DNA of 64,000 bases from Haliotis rufescens. Its lineage: Eukaryota. The position numbers were made by a program, and so were the translations under genes. This document shows positions 35,301 through 50,300 of the stretch, piece by piece. The DNA is taken from assembly GCF_023055435.1 (NCBI RefSeq), contig NW_025963791.1, positions 21,204,001 to 21,268,000 on the forward strand, written 5' to 3'. The notes below the pieces were generated by a model that saw nothing but the letters and a program-made list of their open reading frames with translations, did no database searches and was not told the origin of the DNA. Numbering within the stretch: position 1 is the stretch's first letter; each line of letters begins with the position of its first letter.

Positions 35301-38300
35301 ACGATACTGTAGGGAAGTACTACATGTATATCAATACACTGATGTGTTGCTGGGTATGTGCAGGAAAAATCATGTCACATAACATTACGACTGTCGTAAG
35401 TCTGTGTTTAACTATGGGAGTTGCGACAGTCGCTTTGTGAAACAGGGCCAAGGTACCTCATTTCATCAACGAATAAATCATCGTTCAAATCAGACGTTTT
35501 TTGCTTGTTGTTCCTCCCAGTACAGGTGCGGGTCGTTCAAGTACACGAGCATGATATTCCAACAAATACACTACACTACTGATAGTGACAATCGATGAAA
35601 TTATAACTAATAAAGTATGGTACGCTCACTTCTGACACTGCTGTCTGTATAGTTTCAGCTGTAACATGTAAAGGCATAGACCCGTGTAGATCCAGGGTAG
35701 CATAGGTCTTCTGAAAATCATGCTTGCGTAAAAGGTGACTATGCTTGTCGTAAGAGGCGACTAACGGGATCGGGTGATCAGGCTCACTGACTTTGTTGAT
35801 GCATGTCATAATATCCTATTATATAAATCGATGCTCAAGATGTCAGTCACTGGTTTGTCTGATCCAGACTTGATTATTTACAGTCCGCCTGGAATATTGC
35901 TGAGTGCGGCGTTAAAAAACAAACAAATAAACAAAATATAGGCATAAATTTGTTACCAGTACCTACCAAACAAATGGAATTCTTCAAAATACTGGGTGGT
36001 GGAAACATCATAGAAGCGGATGTCTCGACTGGTAGATCCGATGGCAATCTTATGACAGTTGGGCATGTAGACGACATCTGTGATCCACATCTTGAAGCGA
36101 CGCTTCTGACCTATTGTCTCTGTGGTGTCGTCCTCGATGACATAATTCCTCTCATACGAAATGTTGGAGTTCCACACACTCATACCCCCTTCCTGCAGAA
36201 CAGGAAGTATACAACCTTACAGTGGGATCGGGTGTGCTTGGGGCCAGCGTTAATTTGCTGAGCAGAGTTGCATCCCTTAGGGGTGCCAGGAACCTATGAT
36301 AATAGGTTCGAATCCCAGATTCACTCTAGGTTTGTCAGTACCAATTATATTCGGCCTTGGTGTAAACCTGCATTATATCTGGCCTTCCTCCTAAATTTAG
36401 CTAACAAGGCGTTAGAAATTGGCACTTGTCCTATAGTCCTTGCCAATTGCCCAATCGTTAAGGTATCATCAAGACTAGTTGAAATTAGCCATTTTAAGGG
36501 ATTTGCTACATGTTATCATTAGTGAACATATTAAAACATGTTACTTTCTATCACTGTAGCACGCTGTGACATAACTGAAATACTGTCCAAATCACATAAA
36601 ACTCAACTCATTCATTCACTGTTCAAAACAGTGTTAAACTTCACTCTCTCTCACTCACTCGAGATCACTGCAGTGGTGTCAAGTCAAAAGATGACATGAG
36701 GTAAAAGTATTTTGTGCAGAATTTTTGCTCAGTGTACATTACCAGCATGATCAGGCAAATCAGGGACTCATTTCACTGATTTCAAAGTAATTACCTTCTA
36801 TTTTATACATTCCAACAGATATTTAATGGTTATTTGCCAGACAGAGTTCACAGAGCACAAGTAGGCAGGACCAAGATAATGAAAGGTCGGTTATTGAAAA
36901 AACATGATGCCATGAATCAGGTTCAACTTATGTGCAAAGAATGACAACAAAAATATTCATTATAAAACATCAACACCAGACAACAATCAGACTCTATTGT
37001 CTGCGATTACACCTACCTTACTTATTGTTAAATATCGGGTAGGGTTTTCAACAGATATGATCTTGGTAGTAGTTTCTTGCTGCAAATAAAGATATCTTGT
37101 GATAATACGACAAAATATATAACACTGGAATTAAATGTACCTCATATTGACTACAATAAAGTACATCCTGGATTGTCCAAGAGAAGTTCTACACCAGCTG
37201 ACTGATCAGACATAGAGGATATTATACTCGTGTTCATGACCATGTTTACGACACTCGTATCATAATGGGGAATCATAATGGATTTGGTGATCAGGCTTCA
37301 GTGACTTGTGTCAAAATATGTCCCCAGTATGTCCCCAGCAACCTAAGCTTGTCATAAGGTGAGGTGAGGTGAGGTGAAATTGGGTTTAACGTCGCGTCAA
37401 AGATTATTGCACTTATATAGCAACGTGCATGCACGTGTGTGTGTGTGTGGCTGCTTGTACTAGTCCGGACTGATGCCGATTTATAGTGCTAGCACACTGA
37501 GATACCATGCCGCATTTTAACATGAATACCCCACTCAGACACAGTATACAGACTCCGAGCCGACCAGTCCTTGTTTTAGCCCCTTAATGCCAAGCGCCAG
37601 ACAGGGTAACAACAAGTACCATCTTTTAACGTCTTTAGGGATTGAACCCCAGACCTTCCGCTCTCCGGGCAGACGCTCTACCACTAGACCACGGAGGCGG
37701 TCCTTGTCATAAGGGGAATCATGATGGACTTGTTGGTCAGGCTCGGTGACTTGGTTTAATGCATGTCATCGTGAATTGTCTGGCCCAGATATCATCATTT
37801 ACAGGCCACCATCATATAACTGGAATACTGCTGAGTGTGGTATGAAATAACAAACAAACCAACGTTCCATGTTCTCACCCTGTTGTGTACGGCATGTCTG
37901 ATCTTGGGCTCCACAAGGAAGGGGATTTCCTTCTTGGTGCGGAGGTAGTCGTTCTCCCGGTACAGCAGCAGGAGATAAGTGCAGAACTCATCCCAGTCCA
38001 CGTACCCGTCACACGACGTGTCGAGCTAAACACAAAAAACATGGCAACTACAACATCCATTGAGGATCATATATTATGGTAACACATACTGTCAAATGAC
38101 GTGTCAAGCTGAACACAAAATACATGGCATCCATTGAGGATCCTATACTGTGGTAACTTGTAGGGGTGTTTATTGAAGGCAACCATTGCAATTGTGGTAC
38201 AACCACTGTTATATACTCTCCACTTTTGACAGGGATATATTTATCTTTCCATGGTAAATAAAACAGATTCTCATATGTCAAGTGTATGATTAAACATCAT

Positions 38301-41300
38301 GTATATCTCCATTTTTGTTAACCTACACTTACACTTGGATCCATTACCGCAGATCTGGAAAAAACATCCCCTTCCCCTGCCCCCAGTACACTGTGTACTG
38401 AGAAACATTATCATACCTCCATGTCAGAATGATGAGATCTGATTGGTCCATGTGATCTTGATAAAATACTATGTATCCCGCCTTGGAGGGAAATAAATTT
38501 TCAGCAGGTGAATAAATCCCTTATACCCAGCCACGAGCAAGTCAGGCTGCACGTAGATTTCTGAGAGGCAGAATAAATCCCTAAATACCCCACTTTAAAG
38601 CAAAAAGCTGCACGCTTTTTCAAGTCAATGGAAGTCATGTAACATAGCACAAGCTAACCTCGAGCTCAGCTAAATCGAACATATGCTTTCAATCAATTTT
38701 GAATTTGTGTTAATTCTTTTACAATGTCATATTTAAACATTTTGGTAAGATAAATTTGGTTTATTACTTGTCCGTGAAGAGATCACCCATTTAATAAACA
38801 TACAGCTGTATTTCACATTGTGTAATACCAATACGCATGCTTATGTACTGTCGGAACAAGTTTCACGAACAAATATTGAAAGCTCCGAACATCCCTTGGC
38901 TTATTCAACAACATTGCGTGTGGAGATGATAAATTGTTTCGCCGATGGATCTTGCAACAAAATTCCACAAATTACGTTATCGGGTATTGTGACGTGATTG
39001 TAAACTTTGTGGTTCTGAGCCCCGTACCACAAGAAGATCGTACTGTAACGCAACGTCAGTCGTAAGTCTATGTTAACGTATGTGAGTTGCTATGAAACCT
39101 TAGCACTACAATAACTTTGTCGAACGGATGCCTGAATTCTAAAGGTGGACCGTTGTATGGTATTAAATTAATATGTTTCAACGTTTGACGAGTTTCGAGT
39201 ATTATTCTGTTAAACTTAATTGGATATTATGCTGTATTCTATATGTGGCAGGATCACTCGGGGTACGTAGGGTTTTATGCATATCATGTATCCCTGCTAT
39301 ACTGACCTTGGTGAAGAGCCTCTCCAAGTAGTCATCATATTCATTGGTCTCCAGCACCTTGGATATGGTGTTTTTGAACTCTTCCACGTTCATACACCCT
39401 GGGGTCCTCTTGAAGACCTTGGCAGGGAAGTAGCCGGTCTCCTCATGGATGAGGATGTCCTCGGGGTCGTGGATCTCAAACTCGTGGAGCAACTGCTCCA
39501 GATGCTGCAGCTTGATATGCTCCTCAAGGCGGACATTCTCAGCCTTGTTGAAACTGAAATGAACATTTTACTATTTATTGAAGGTGAATGTGTTTGATTA
39601 TTCTGCTTCAAGTGATTTAATGCTTGTGGTTATTCACAGGTGATCTACAAACTCTACTACCTCAGACACCAACAGTAAAAAGACATTTTTCAGACCTATC
39701 TTTGTGTACAAAACTATGTCACCTATCGACAAAGAAATAGCCGCACAAATTCAAACGAAAGCACAACTGTCATAACTATTTTGGACCTTGCCTTTTATAA
39801 TAGAGAAAAACAAAACAAAAAAACCAAGAAAGACCAGAGGGATTCTCCATCCGCACATGATCAGGACTATTACTGTCACTGGTGTGTCTGGTCTAGATGT
39901 GATTATTTACAGGTTTCTTTGATCATCGCTGGAATGTTGCTGACTGTATAAACATTAATGTTTCTTCCTATGTACTGCGCTCTTTGATAAGGATATTCTT
40001 AGAATAGATTTCTGGATAGAAGAGCTCCCAGGAAATCAATGTGCATGAGTGAGTATGGTTTCACGCCGCTTTTAGCAATATTCCAGCAATATTGCGGCGG
40101 CGGACACCAGAAATGGGCTTCACACATTCTACCCACGTCGGGAATCGAACCCGGGTCATAGTCGATTGGTGCTCATAATAACAGTCACCAGTTCACTTGA
40201 CCCAGACTTGATTAATAACAGGCTGCCGTCACATAGCAGGAATATTGACGAGTATGGCAAAAGAAACAATTGAATGAATAGAGTGTGTCCATTCATTTAA
40301 GGGGCGGTCGGGTAGCCTAGTGGTTAAGCGTTCACTCATCACGCCGAAGACCCGGGTTCGATTCCCGACATGGCTACAATGCGTGAAGCCCATTTCTTGT
40401 GTTCCCCGCCGTGATATTGCTGGAATATTGCTAAAAGCAGCGTAAAACCAAACTCACTCACTCACTCACTCCATTCATTTAATGAAACAGTAAATCCCGA
40501 GGCTAACCATTTCAGACTGCTTTTGTCAACACCAATTCATTCAGCAATCTGGTAACCAGTTGGTTCTGTTTGGGTTTACTAGTAGATCTAATAACATTAC
40601 AGAAGAACATACAATCGGAGGCAAATATGGTCACATATCATAATAACTTTCATAAATAGTGACTTCTTAATTCAAGCAGGGGATTGTACGATACCAAATG
40701 ATTCTCTCATGTCATCTATTTCACAGTACCTCTTAACCTTGAACATAGAAAAACATATTTTGAAAATTTGGTAATTCACTTGTATAAACCGTGCTGTATT
40801 TAATAAGTGTAACAGAATCAACTCTTTTTTCAACAGATTTCAAATTAATCAAATTGTGCAACAGCCAGTCAAACAGTCTAGTAGCTCCTCGGTAATTCAG
40901 ACTCTGGTTGACAATGGCTCTTGCTTCCTGTGTGGTATGATATCTTTATGTCAACACAGAACCCTGCTTGATAATCACTCTGATCAAGCGAGGTAATCCT
41001 GATTAATCCTCAAGTCAACAGCCACTAACCGGGTGAACAACATGATACTGTTTGAAGAAACAGCTGTTTAGCATTATAGAAAACTCTCTTTAACGTAATA
41101 GAAGGGATTTCCCTGTTGTATGTATACACATGTACCTTTCTGACATTTATAAAGCGTAGTTAAGTGCAGTCCCCAAATGCACTCATAATACTGTGTTTAC
41201 ACATCAATGTTATTAATAGTTGGTATATTTGTGTGTCAATATCTCATGGACAAAGTAAAAGGTTGATCTGGAAAATCTTTACAGAAAATTATAACCGATA

Positions 41301-44300
41301 TCTCTAAATTAGTTTTAAAATACTATGGAGAGTAGTATAGTCTACTACTCAAATGAAGTTAAAGAACAGTGATTCTTTCATCTCACTAAAGATAACCTGT
41401 CACGGCATGATACATCAACTATAACTATAGTAACATGAAAGAATGAGGTGTTCTTTAAATATAGTATATAACGCTTAGAGAGGGTACACCTTCCTGCGGC
41501 AAGGGAGTTAACTGACAGTTCAGTTTCCACCCTTACCGAACTAGGCTGCAATTATGGAGTTATATTTTGGCCGAACTAACGAGTCTGTGGATTGTCCAAT
41601 CAAAATAGTGTAACTAAATCGACATCCAGTCTGTAAACTGCCGTGCAGATTACGGTCAATTGCAGGATTTGCAAAGCATGTGTTCCGATAACTTAGTGTC
41701 AACGGATATAATCTTTTCATGTTTTTAATCAATATGCTCACGTGATTTGATGCACTTCTTGAATTATTATTATTAATATTATTATTTTTATTATTATTAT
41801 TATTATTATTATTACAATATACACATGATATAGATCTTAATTATCAATCAGATCATCTTCACTGGGCAGCGCCATTTTATTTGAAGCAAATGCAAATGAT
41901 ACGAGAGGCCGAATCTGATTGGTCAATAGGAAGGACATAGAAGCGACATAACTCATAATAGCCACTTGTGGTGGTACGATCGAGCCGAGAAATTCCAGTC
42001 TAGTTCAGCAAGGGTGGAAACTGGACTTTTATAGTCAGTTAATTCCCTTGCCTCAGGAAGATGGAGAAGGTAATACATCATGGATGGTGATTTTCGGTGA
42101 GCCATGCATATAATGTGCACGACTGTTTTGCCCTTTATCCCAATTGAATCTGTTTCGGCAGATAATCAAGACTTACAGACTGCTGACATTTTATATTTTA
42201 GCAGGGTTTAAAGCAACACTATGATTAAAACATTTAATCATTTGTTTTCAGAGAGGAAAGGGAAAGTTCCGGTACTGTGTTGTATTATACAGTTCGTTTT
42301 ATTACTTCAGTGTAAAATCAAAAACAAACAATAACCCTAAAAAACCAGACCCGTGAAGATTCTGGGGTAGAATAGGTCTTCAGCAACCAATGCTTGACGT
42401 AAAAGGTGACTATGCTTGTCGTAAAAGGGGACTAACGGGATCGGGTGGTCAGGCTCGCTGACTTGGTTGATTCATGTCATCGATCCCAATTGCGTGGATC
42501 AATGCTCATGATATTAATCACTGGATTGTCTGGTCCAGACTCGATTATTTACAGACCGCCGTCATATAGCTGGAATATTGCTGAGTGCGGCATTAAACAA
42601 CAAACCAACCAACCAACCTAAAAAAACAAGTTGCACATAATTCAATAACTGAATCATCAATTACAGTTTGCACACAACAGATAATGTTAAAGAAACTTTT
42701 CTGAACCGTCAGTCTAACACAACTTTTCCTGCAATGAATTTCAGAAATGAAGTAAAAATAGTTCCAAGTCGGGGGTGCCACTTCTTAAATCAAGATATCA
42801 AACATATTACTCACTTTTCAGTGATAATCCTATCCTTTGAATTAACTGACTCCACAAATCCAATCTTAAACACTTTCCTTGGCATGCCTATTCTAACATA
42901 ACTGACCACTTAAACAAAAACGTCCAAATCAAACTATCTTAATTGAAGCACTTTGTCAAGCTTGTCCACAAAGCCTGCATAACTATCTACTAGCTGGGCT
43001 TAACTGGCTTATGGGGTTCCCAACTGTAATACTATCCCCATATTCTGCTATTTCTCAACGATCAGTGCAAGTAGAGACGAAAAGCAAACAGAGACATGAT
43101 TTTTTCTTGAGAACAATACACGCACCTAAATCAATCTTGTGTGGTTAACAGAATTCCAATCCTTTCTACACGCTTCAAGGTACATCTATTCAGTTTCTTC
43201 ACCACCCTGTCCTGTTTTGTCTATGGAAAGTATTAGGTGACAGAAATAGTTCTATTTGCATGAAGCCCGGATAACAGTGAGTTCAGGTGCAAATACCAGT
43301 GGCTTGCTTCAATGGAGAATTTCACATGTTGTGTTCACTGTGTTGTTTAAACGATCAATGGGACTAAAACTGAAATGAAATCAAGGACTACAATGAACAG
43401 CTTACTACTCAAACAGTTATGTTAAGCCCACATAAAGTTATTTTTTGGGTTAGAGTTTTACACAAAAGATTTTTACTTAAATATTTTTTTTAAAAGTAAA
43501 AGTTAATTAATAAAGAGCTGTCTTTCATTAAATACTATGTCTTATTTGGTAACCTTTTTGTCATATATGTTTATATTCTGTTTCATCAAACTTCTAAATG
43601 CCAAGGGGTGGTTTGGTGGCCTAGTGGTTCAAGCATTCGCTCATCAAGCTGAAGGCCCTGGTTCGATCCCCTACATGGGTACAAGGGCTCCACCATGATA
43701 TTCCTGGAATATTGCTAAAAACGGTGTAAAATCATACTCACTCACTCACTCAAAATGCCCATCAAAGACTTTCTGTTATATTTGTTATTCAAATTGTTTA
43801 CTTGATTTTGCCTGATGCATTTTGCATATTGAGCAAGAAAAACTGTTAAAAAGGGGGAAGTGCTCCGGCTAAAGTGGAATTTTAAGACTTCCCTGATCTC
43901 CGATGATGAAGGTTTAACTGACAAAGTTACTAGCTATGAGAATGAACTGCTTTAAACACAACTGAGTGAGTTCTGTGGATTCTGGAACAATCCTAAGGTT
44001 CTTAGACTATGTTCTCTCTGGACAACCTCTAAAACTGCTGGACGATCAGTTTCATGAAAAACTCATGGACAAACCAATTCTTAATAAATAATTGTTTGTT
44101 TTTTTGTTTAACGCCGCACTCAGCAATATTCCAGCTGTATGATGCTGGTCTGTAAATAATTGAGTCTGGACCAGACAATCCAGTGACTGACATCATGAGC
44201 ATCGATCTACGCAGTTGGGACACGATGACATGCATCAACCACCCGATCCTTTTAGTCAATTCTTACGACAAGCATAGTCGACTTTTATGGCAGGCATGGG

Positions 44301-47300
44301 TTGCTGAAGACTGGATATTCATGGCTCCTCAAGAACAGGATGATGGAAGCATGTAAGACTTGAATAGTTAATGCCTGACTCAAAGACAACCACTACATAA
44401 TAACCTGATCATCTACTGTGGCTTCAGGCACTGAGATGAATATAGGAACTGTTGGAAAAAATGCTGAAAGAAAATTTGGAAAAGGAAACCATCTTGAGTG
44501 AGTGAGTGAGTGAGTGACTTTGGTTTAACGCCGCTTTTAACAGTATTCCAGTTATATCACGGCTTGTCAGCTTAATGTGGGAGGAAAGCCCGAAGTGATG
44601 CAGGTGTCAGACGTTTACCACTTCGGTGAAACCCACGAGCACAGGTATGGTGCTGACAAACCTAGAAACATTATCGGGGTGAACCGGGATTCGAACTCAC
44701 AATCATAGGTTTCTGGCATGCCCAAGGGACGCAACTCTGCACAGCGAATCGCGGCGCCTTAGACGACTGGGCCACCTGTGGCCCCCGAAACCATCTTGAC
44801 AGTAAACTGAAATACTGCTACATCTATTTGTCTTCCTCGGATGGTTACAGCCAGACACAAAGACATGTCAGTGACAGGGAAGAACAGGTAAATCATACCT
44901 GGAAAAACATCATCAACTTTACCTTGATTTGTCCTGTACTGGTTTGTTTTTATTCATCCGTTTCAGAAAGAATTCCATGTTGTTGTGTGAGTGAAGCACA
45001 TCCAATCAAATGAATGGTCACTCCACTGTTATCTCTCCACCATGAATGACATGTTCATATACATAGATCATAACTCTCACACTGTCGCCATTAGAAAGTC
45101 TCACACTGTCACCATTCGAACGTCTCACACTGTCACCGTTAGAAAGTCTCACACTGTCACCATTCGAAAGTCTCACACTGTCACCATTAGAAAGTCTCAC
45201 ACTGTCACCATTCGAAAGTCTCACACTGTCACCATTCGAAAGTCTCACACTGTCACCGTTAGAAAGTCTCACACTGTCACCATTAGAAAGTCTCACACTG
45301 TCACCATTAGAAAGTCTCACACTGTCACCATTCGAAAGTCTCACACTGTCACCATTCGAACGTCTCACACTGTCACCATTCGAAAGTCTCACACTGTCAC
45401 CATTAGAAAGTCTCACACTGTCACCATTAGAAAGTCTCACACTGTCGCCATTCGAAAGTCTCACACTGTCACCATTCAAAAGTCTCACACTGTCACCGTT
45501 AGAAAGTCTCACACTGTCACCATTCGAAAGTCTCACACTGTCACCATTCGAAAGTCTCACACTGTCACCGTTAGAAAGTCTCACACTGTCACCATTAGAA
45601 AGTCTCACACTGTCACCATTAGAAAGTCTCACACTGTCACCATTCGAAAGTCTCACACTGTCACCATTCGAAAGTCTCACACTGTCACCATTCGAAAGTC
45701 TCACACTGTCACCATTAGAAAGTCTCACACTGTCACCATTAGAAAGTCTCACACTGTCACCATTAGAAAGTCTCACACTGTCACCATTAGAAAGTCTCAC
45801 GCTGTCACATTCGAAAGTCTCACACTGTCACCATTCGGAAGTCTCACACTGTCACCATTCGAAAGTCTCACACTGTCACCATTAGAAAGTCTCACACTGT
45901 CAGCATTAGAAAGTCTCACGCTGTCACCATTAGAAAGTCTCACACTGTCGCCATTCGAAAGTCTCACACTGTCACCTTTAGAAAGTCTCACACTGTCAGC
46001 ATTAGAAAGTCTCACGCTGTCACCATTAGAAAGTCTCACACTGTCACCATTAGAAAGTCTCACACTGTCACCTTTAGAAAGTCTCACACTGTCAGCATTA
46101 GAAAGTCTCAAGCTGTCACCATTAGAAAGTCTCACACTGTCGCCATTCGAAAGTCTCACACTGTCACCTTTAGAAAGTCTCACACTGTCACCATTCGAAA
46201 GTCTCACACTGTCACCATTAAAATGTATCACACTGTCACCATTAGAAAGTCTCACACTGTCGCCATTAGAAAGTCTCAACTGGCACCATTAGAAAGTATC
46301 ACACTGTCACCATTAGAAAGTCTCAACTGGCACCATTAGAAAGTATCACAATGTCCATTAGAAAACGATTAACCCTGGACTCGAAGATCCATGGAAGGCC
46401 GTATCAAATTTGGCCTTTTTTCTCTGATTTGTCCAAGTAAATACATTAACAGGATAAATCAAAGACAAAAAACAAAGCTTCTTTTAAGGAGAATCTTTAG
46501 TTTGTAATCCAGTAAGATCGGTACAACCAGATCACAAAGTGATAAGTGGAACATAAACTATCCACAGCCGAAATACAACAAGTGTTACTGGAGAAAAATA
46601 AACAAAATCCCACAAAGATCATAGAGTTGAACAGAAAGTGTCAGGGAACAATCACAAAGTAGATGAGACCCTAGAAAAGCCATTCAGTTAAACCAATGAG
46701 AACACAGGCAATCTCTCCTCCAATCTAAAGTACATCAAAGTGTTCTCGTAAGACTTCATAACCACTCTCTTCCACCCATCTCGTACCCTACCCCCCCGAA
46801 TACATCCCCCTCCCTTAGCCCATCTAACTTCACTTCTCTCTCCCCACCCACCCTGTTTCCAGCATGTAAGTACAGCGTTTCTATTTGTACATGTGGTTTC
46901 CAAAACCCGCCCATCAACGCCGGTTCTGTTCTTGTACACAGGCTAATCATTGCCTCCAAAGCACACACACATTACAGTTCATACGTGAGGTATACAATCC
47001 CCTAGTCAAACACTGACAATCAGGTCTGACGTACCTCATCCAATAAATTATCTCGTGAATAGACTTCTAAAATTGTTGTTGTCTATATACTTAAAATCCA
47101 AGGCATATCTGCCTTCATGTTTGTGTATCCTCTCGAATCTTTGCCCTCATTATTTACTCATAAATAATTACCTAAACATTGTGAAATGTTGTAATTCATG
47201 CACAGAAAGAGTTTTTATTCTGTAGTCATTTTATTCTATACCACACTATGTGGGTCCAAGTCTGTACATTAAGGACACCTAAAAATACAGTACTTTTTTA

Positions 47301-50300
47301 ACCTGGCTAATTAGTTTGAATTTATTTCAATCGACCTACTCTTAACAAACACATATTGAACTGACCTATGTACATTGGACATTGAAGTACCGTATGTGAC
47401 CGCGTATAAGCCGAATTTTGAGGACCAGAAAAAAGATTCTGTAGAAAGGGGTCGGCTTATCCACGGGATACACTTTCATGATAGTATTTTTCAGATCGTG
47501 ATCTGTCAGAAATGACGGTCCGATAGATTAAAACTTCCCGAAAGTTTGGAAGTTGCCACAACTAGAGCCATTATTGTTATAAATTATCAATAAAGTTATT
47601 TTTATACACCAATGTTGTCATTATTAAAAAAATGTTATGCATGTTACTACTTCCGATAATAAGTTTTCAATTGAATGTTCAAAGTTTATCGTTCTTCATA
47701 AACTCCACAATCTTTACATGTAGATATCTAACAATATATGTAATTCACAGCTATAATATATAATCCCCAGATGAAAGCGCCAATAGCTATTACGTACGTT
47801 TTGCAAAGTTCATAAATTGATAGTGAACAAGTGTCTACCAAATCAGGCACCAAACAAGCAGGTAGCAGATCAACTGTTGATTATTTATTGGCAAACCTGT
47901 TTTGTTTATTTACTGGATAAGAAATAAAAAGTATTCAATCAGGCTTCATATCTCCCACTTTGTGGTTCTACCATATTATGAAACATTATAAGCTCCGTAG
48001 CTAGCTTAATTTGCTTACAAAAACAAAATTGTTTATATGTTCAGCAATTAATTTAAAAACATTTTCAACTTAACAAATTTGGAGCAAGTGGACATTGGAA
48101 GGTTGAAAGTTTGAAAACTTTCAAAACATGAATTACAAAAAAACATACAGCATTTATAAAGCTAGGATAAATAAATTGAATTTCTGAATACTCCTCTTTT
48201 TCAAAAGGCTGAGAAAATTGCATTAACATTGGCTTAGGTAGCCCCATATTGTTAATGACTCAACCTGCATTTATCTCCCACTCTAATACTTGTGTTGCTA
48301 TGGGGTTCTGCATCTGGCTCCAAGTGATGACCATGTCATGACTTATGAGTGAGTGAGTTGGGTTTAATGCCGCTTTGAACAGTATTCCAGTTCTGTCAGC
48401 TTATTGTGGGAGGCAAGCCTGAAGTGATGAAGGTCTTAGACTTTTACCACTCTGGTGAAATGATGACTTATGCTTGGCCTAGAAGGTTACACAAAATCAA
48501 ACAAAGATTGATTTTGAACTTTGGTTCATATTACAGAGGAACTACAGGAAGTACAGGAATCACATATCTACTACAAAAGGGTGAGTATATATGGTGAATC
48601 TACACAATCACATCTTCAACTGACCCCTGTTCCACACAATAAATAGATGTTTAGTGTTTAGATTTTACCCAACATCAGTAAATAAAAGCAACAAAAAACA
48701 TCCCATGATCATGAGCAATATCTACTGAAGCAGATTCCATTGTATGATGCCTACTACAGTAAATTACGGTTATAACGAACTCAAAGGGACCAATAATTTT
48801 AGTTAGTTCAAACTGTAGTTCCTTTATAAGCATTTCGACTAAAGTAAATTGACGGGAATAAAAAAATAGTTTGTTGTAGCCATCAGTTCGTTATAAGCGT
48901 TATCGTTTATAAACATAGTTTACTGTATATGATAAACGTGTGTATGAATCACCATCAAAAAGCGGTGATACCAGCTGTTCACGAAAAGGTGAGCCTGTCC
49001 TGCAAACCGTGTAATACAGTAAATAATCAATACTGAGTGTACTCCCATTACCATGCATACAGGCCATTGAGATATATGACTGGTATATTGATTCACTGCT
49101 TAGTAATAAAGCAAAATACAAATTTCCTCAATGTCCTCTTACGAAGTCATACAATTACAGTCTAAGGCCATTATAAATGTTCATCCCCGCCTGTTTCACA
49201 ACCAAAATCATCATACTACTGTCACTAAAAGTCTACAAAGAAAATCCATCAGAACAGAAATAATGCAAATTCACCTAGTTTGGTGATCAAGAGACCAAGT
49301 TGGTTGCAACTGTTTGTAAGATGTACAATAAAGTTCCATAACATCATGAACCTCGTAAGAGCTGCCATGTTTGACACATTTAGCATGCTGGGCATGAACA
49401 GATTCTACTGGTGGACATTTTTATCAATTACTTACATAAACCTATACCACTTTATTTTCATTAGGTTAAGCTTTTGAATACTTCATTGAGATTATGTTTA
49501 TATTTATTTATATATTCCTAATAACAATATCAATATTGATTGTGTGCCATCATACTCTGACTGTATGGGATGCTGGTCATAATAGTTTTCACTGGATTGT
49601 CTGGTCCAGACACAATTATTTTCAGGCTGCCATCATATAGCTGGGATATTGCTGAGTGTGGTGTTACACAACAAACAAACATACATTTTTTTTAACCAAG
49701 TTACTGATTTACAACGAACTATAAGCATTTTAATTTTTTGTGGGAAATGGATAAAGAGACATACCGTTATTTTGTATCTGTTTGAATGGTGTAAAGCCTA
49801 ACGAGGGACTCATAACACCACATGTACCGGCACCCCTCGTGATACAGCTACAACAAATCTATCTTACCAACATGTTTTAATCTGCCATTGTAAAAGAAAA
49901 TAAATAAATGCATAATTTGTAGAAAACTGCTTGTTTGGACTGAGGTTAACTTGTGCTCTGTCATGTGACGTTCATTGATTCGTAAACCACGTGCAGCTTT
50001 TTGCTTCGAGGCTGGGTTTAAGGGATTTATTCTCCCACTTAGAAATCCATGTGCAGCCTGTGTTCTTCATGGCGGGGTATAAGGGATTTATTCTCCTGCT
50101 CAGAAATATATTTCCCTCACAGGTGGGATACATAGTATTTTTCAAGATCACATGAACCAATCAGACTTCATCATTCTGACATGGAGGTATGATGAAGCAT
50201 CTAAGAATCTAGGGCAGGCTCCATCAAACAAATCCACCCCAATTATGTTTCTAAGTTTGTCAGCAACAAACCAATGCTCTTGTTTTTCACCAAAGGGGTA

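Noticed and set aside
42348-42446. HDV-like ribozyme call for the family C 5' end (CTAA before a closing stem)
   Set aside because: Could not place P1/P3/P1.1 in the required order; kept only as an unclassified structure.
43742-44900. Extra coding exons inside the 15-kb first intron
   Set aside because: No convincing acceptor/donor pair with matching phase; exon 1 already joins exon 2 in frame.
44991-46292. 433-aa ORF (KSHTVTIR)n and antisense (RLSNGDSV)n ORFs
   Set aside because: Products of a stop-free 24-bp intronic minisatellite, open on both strands, with no domain content.
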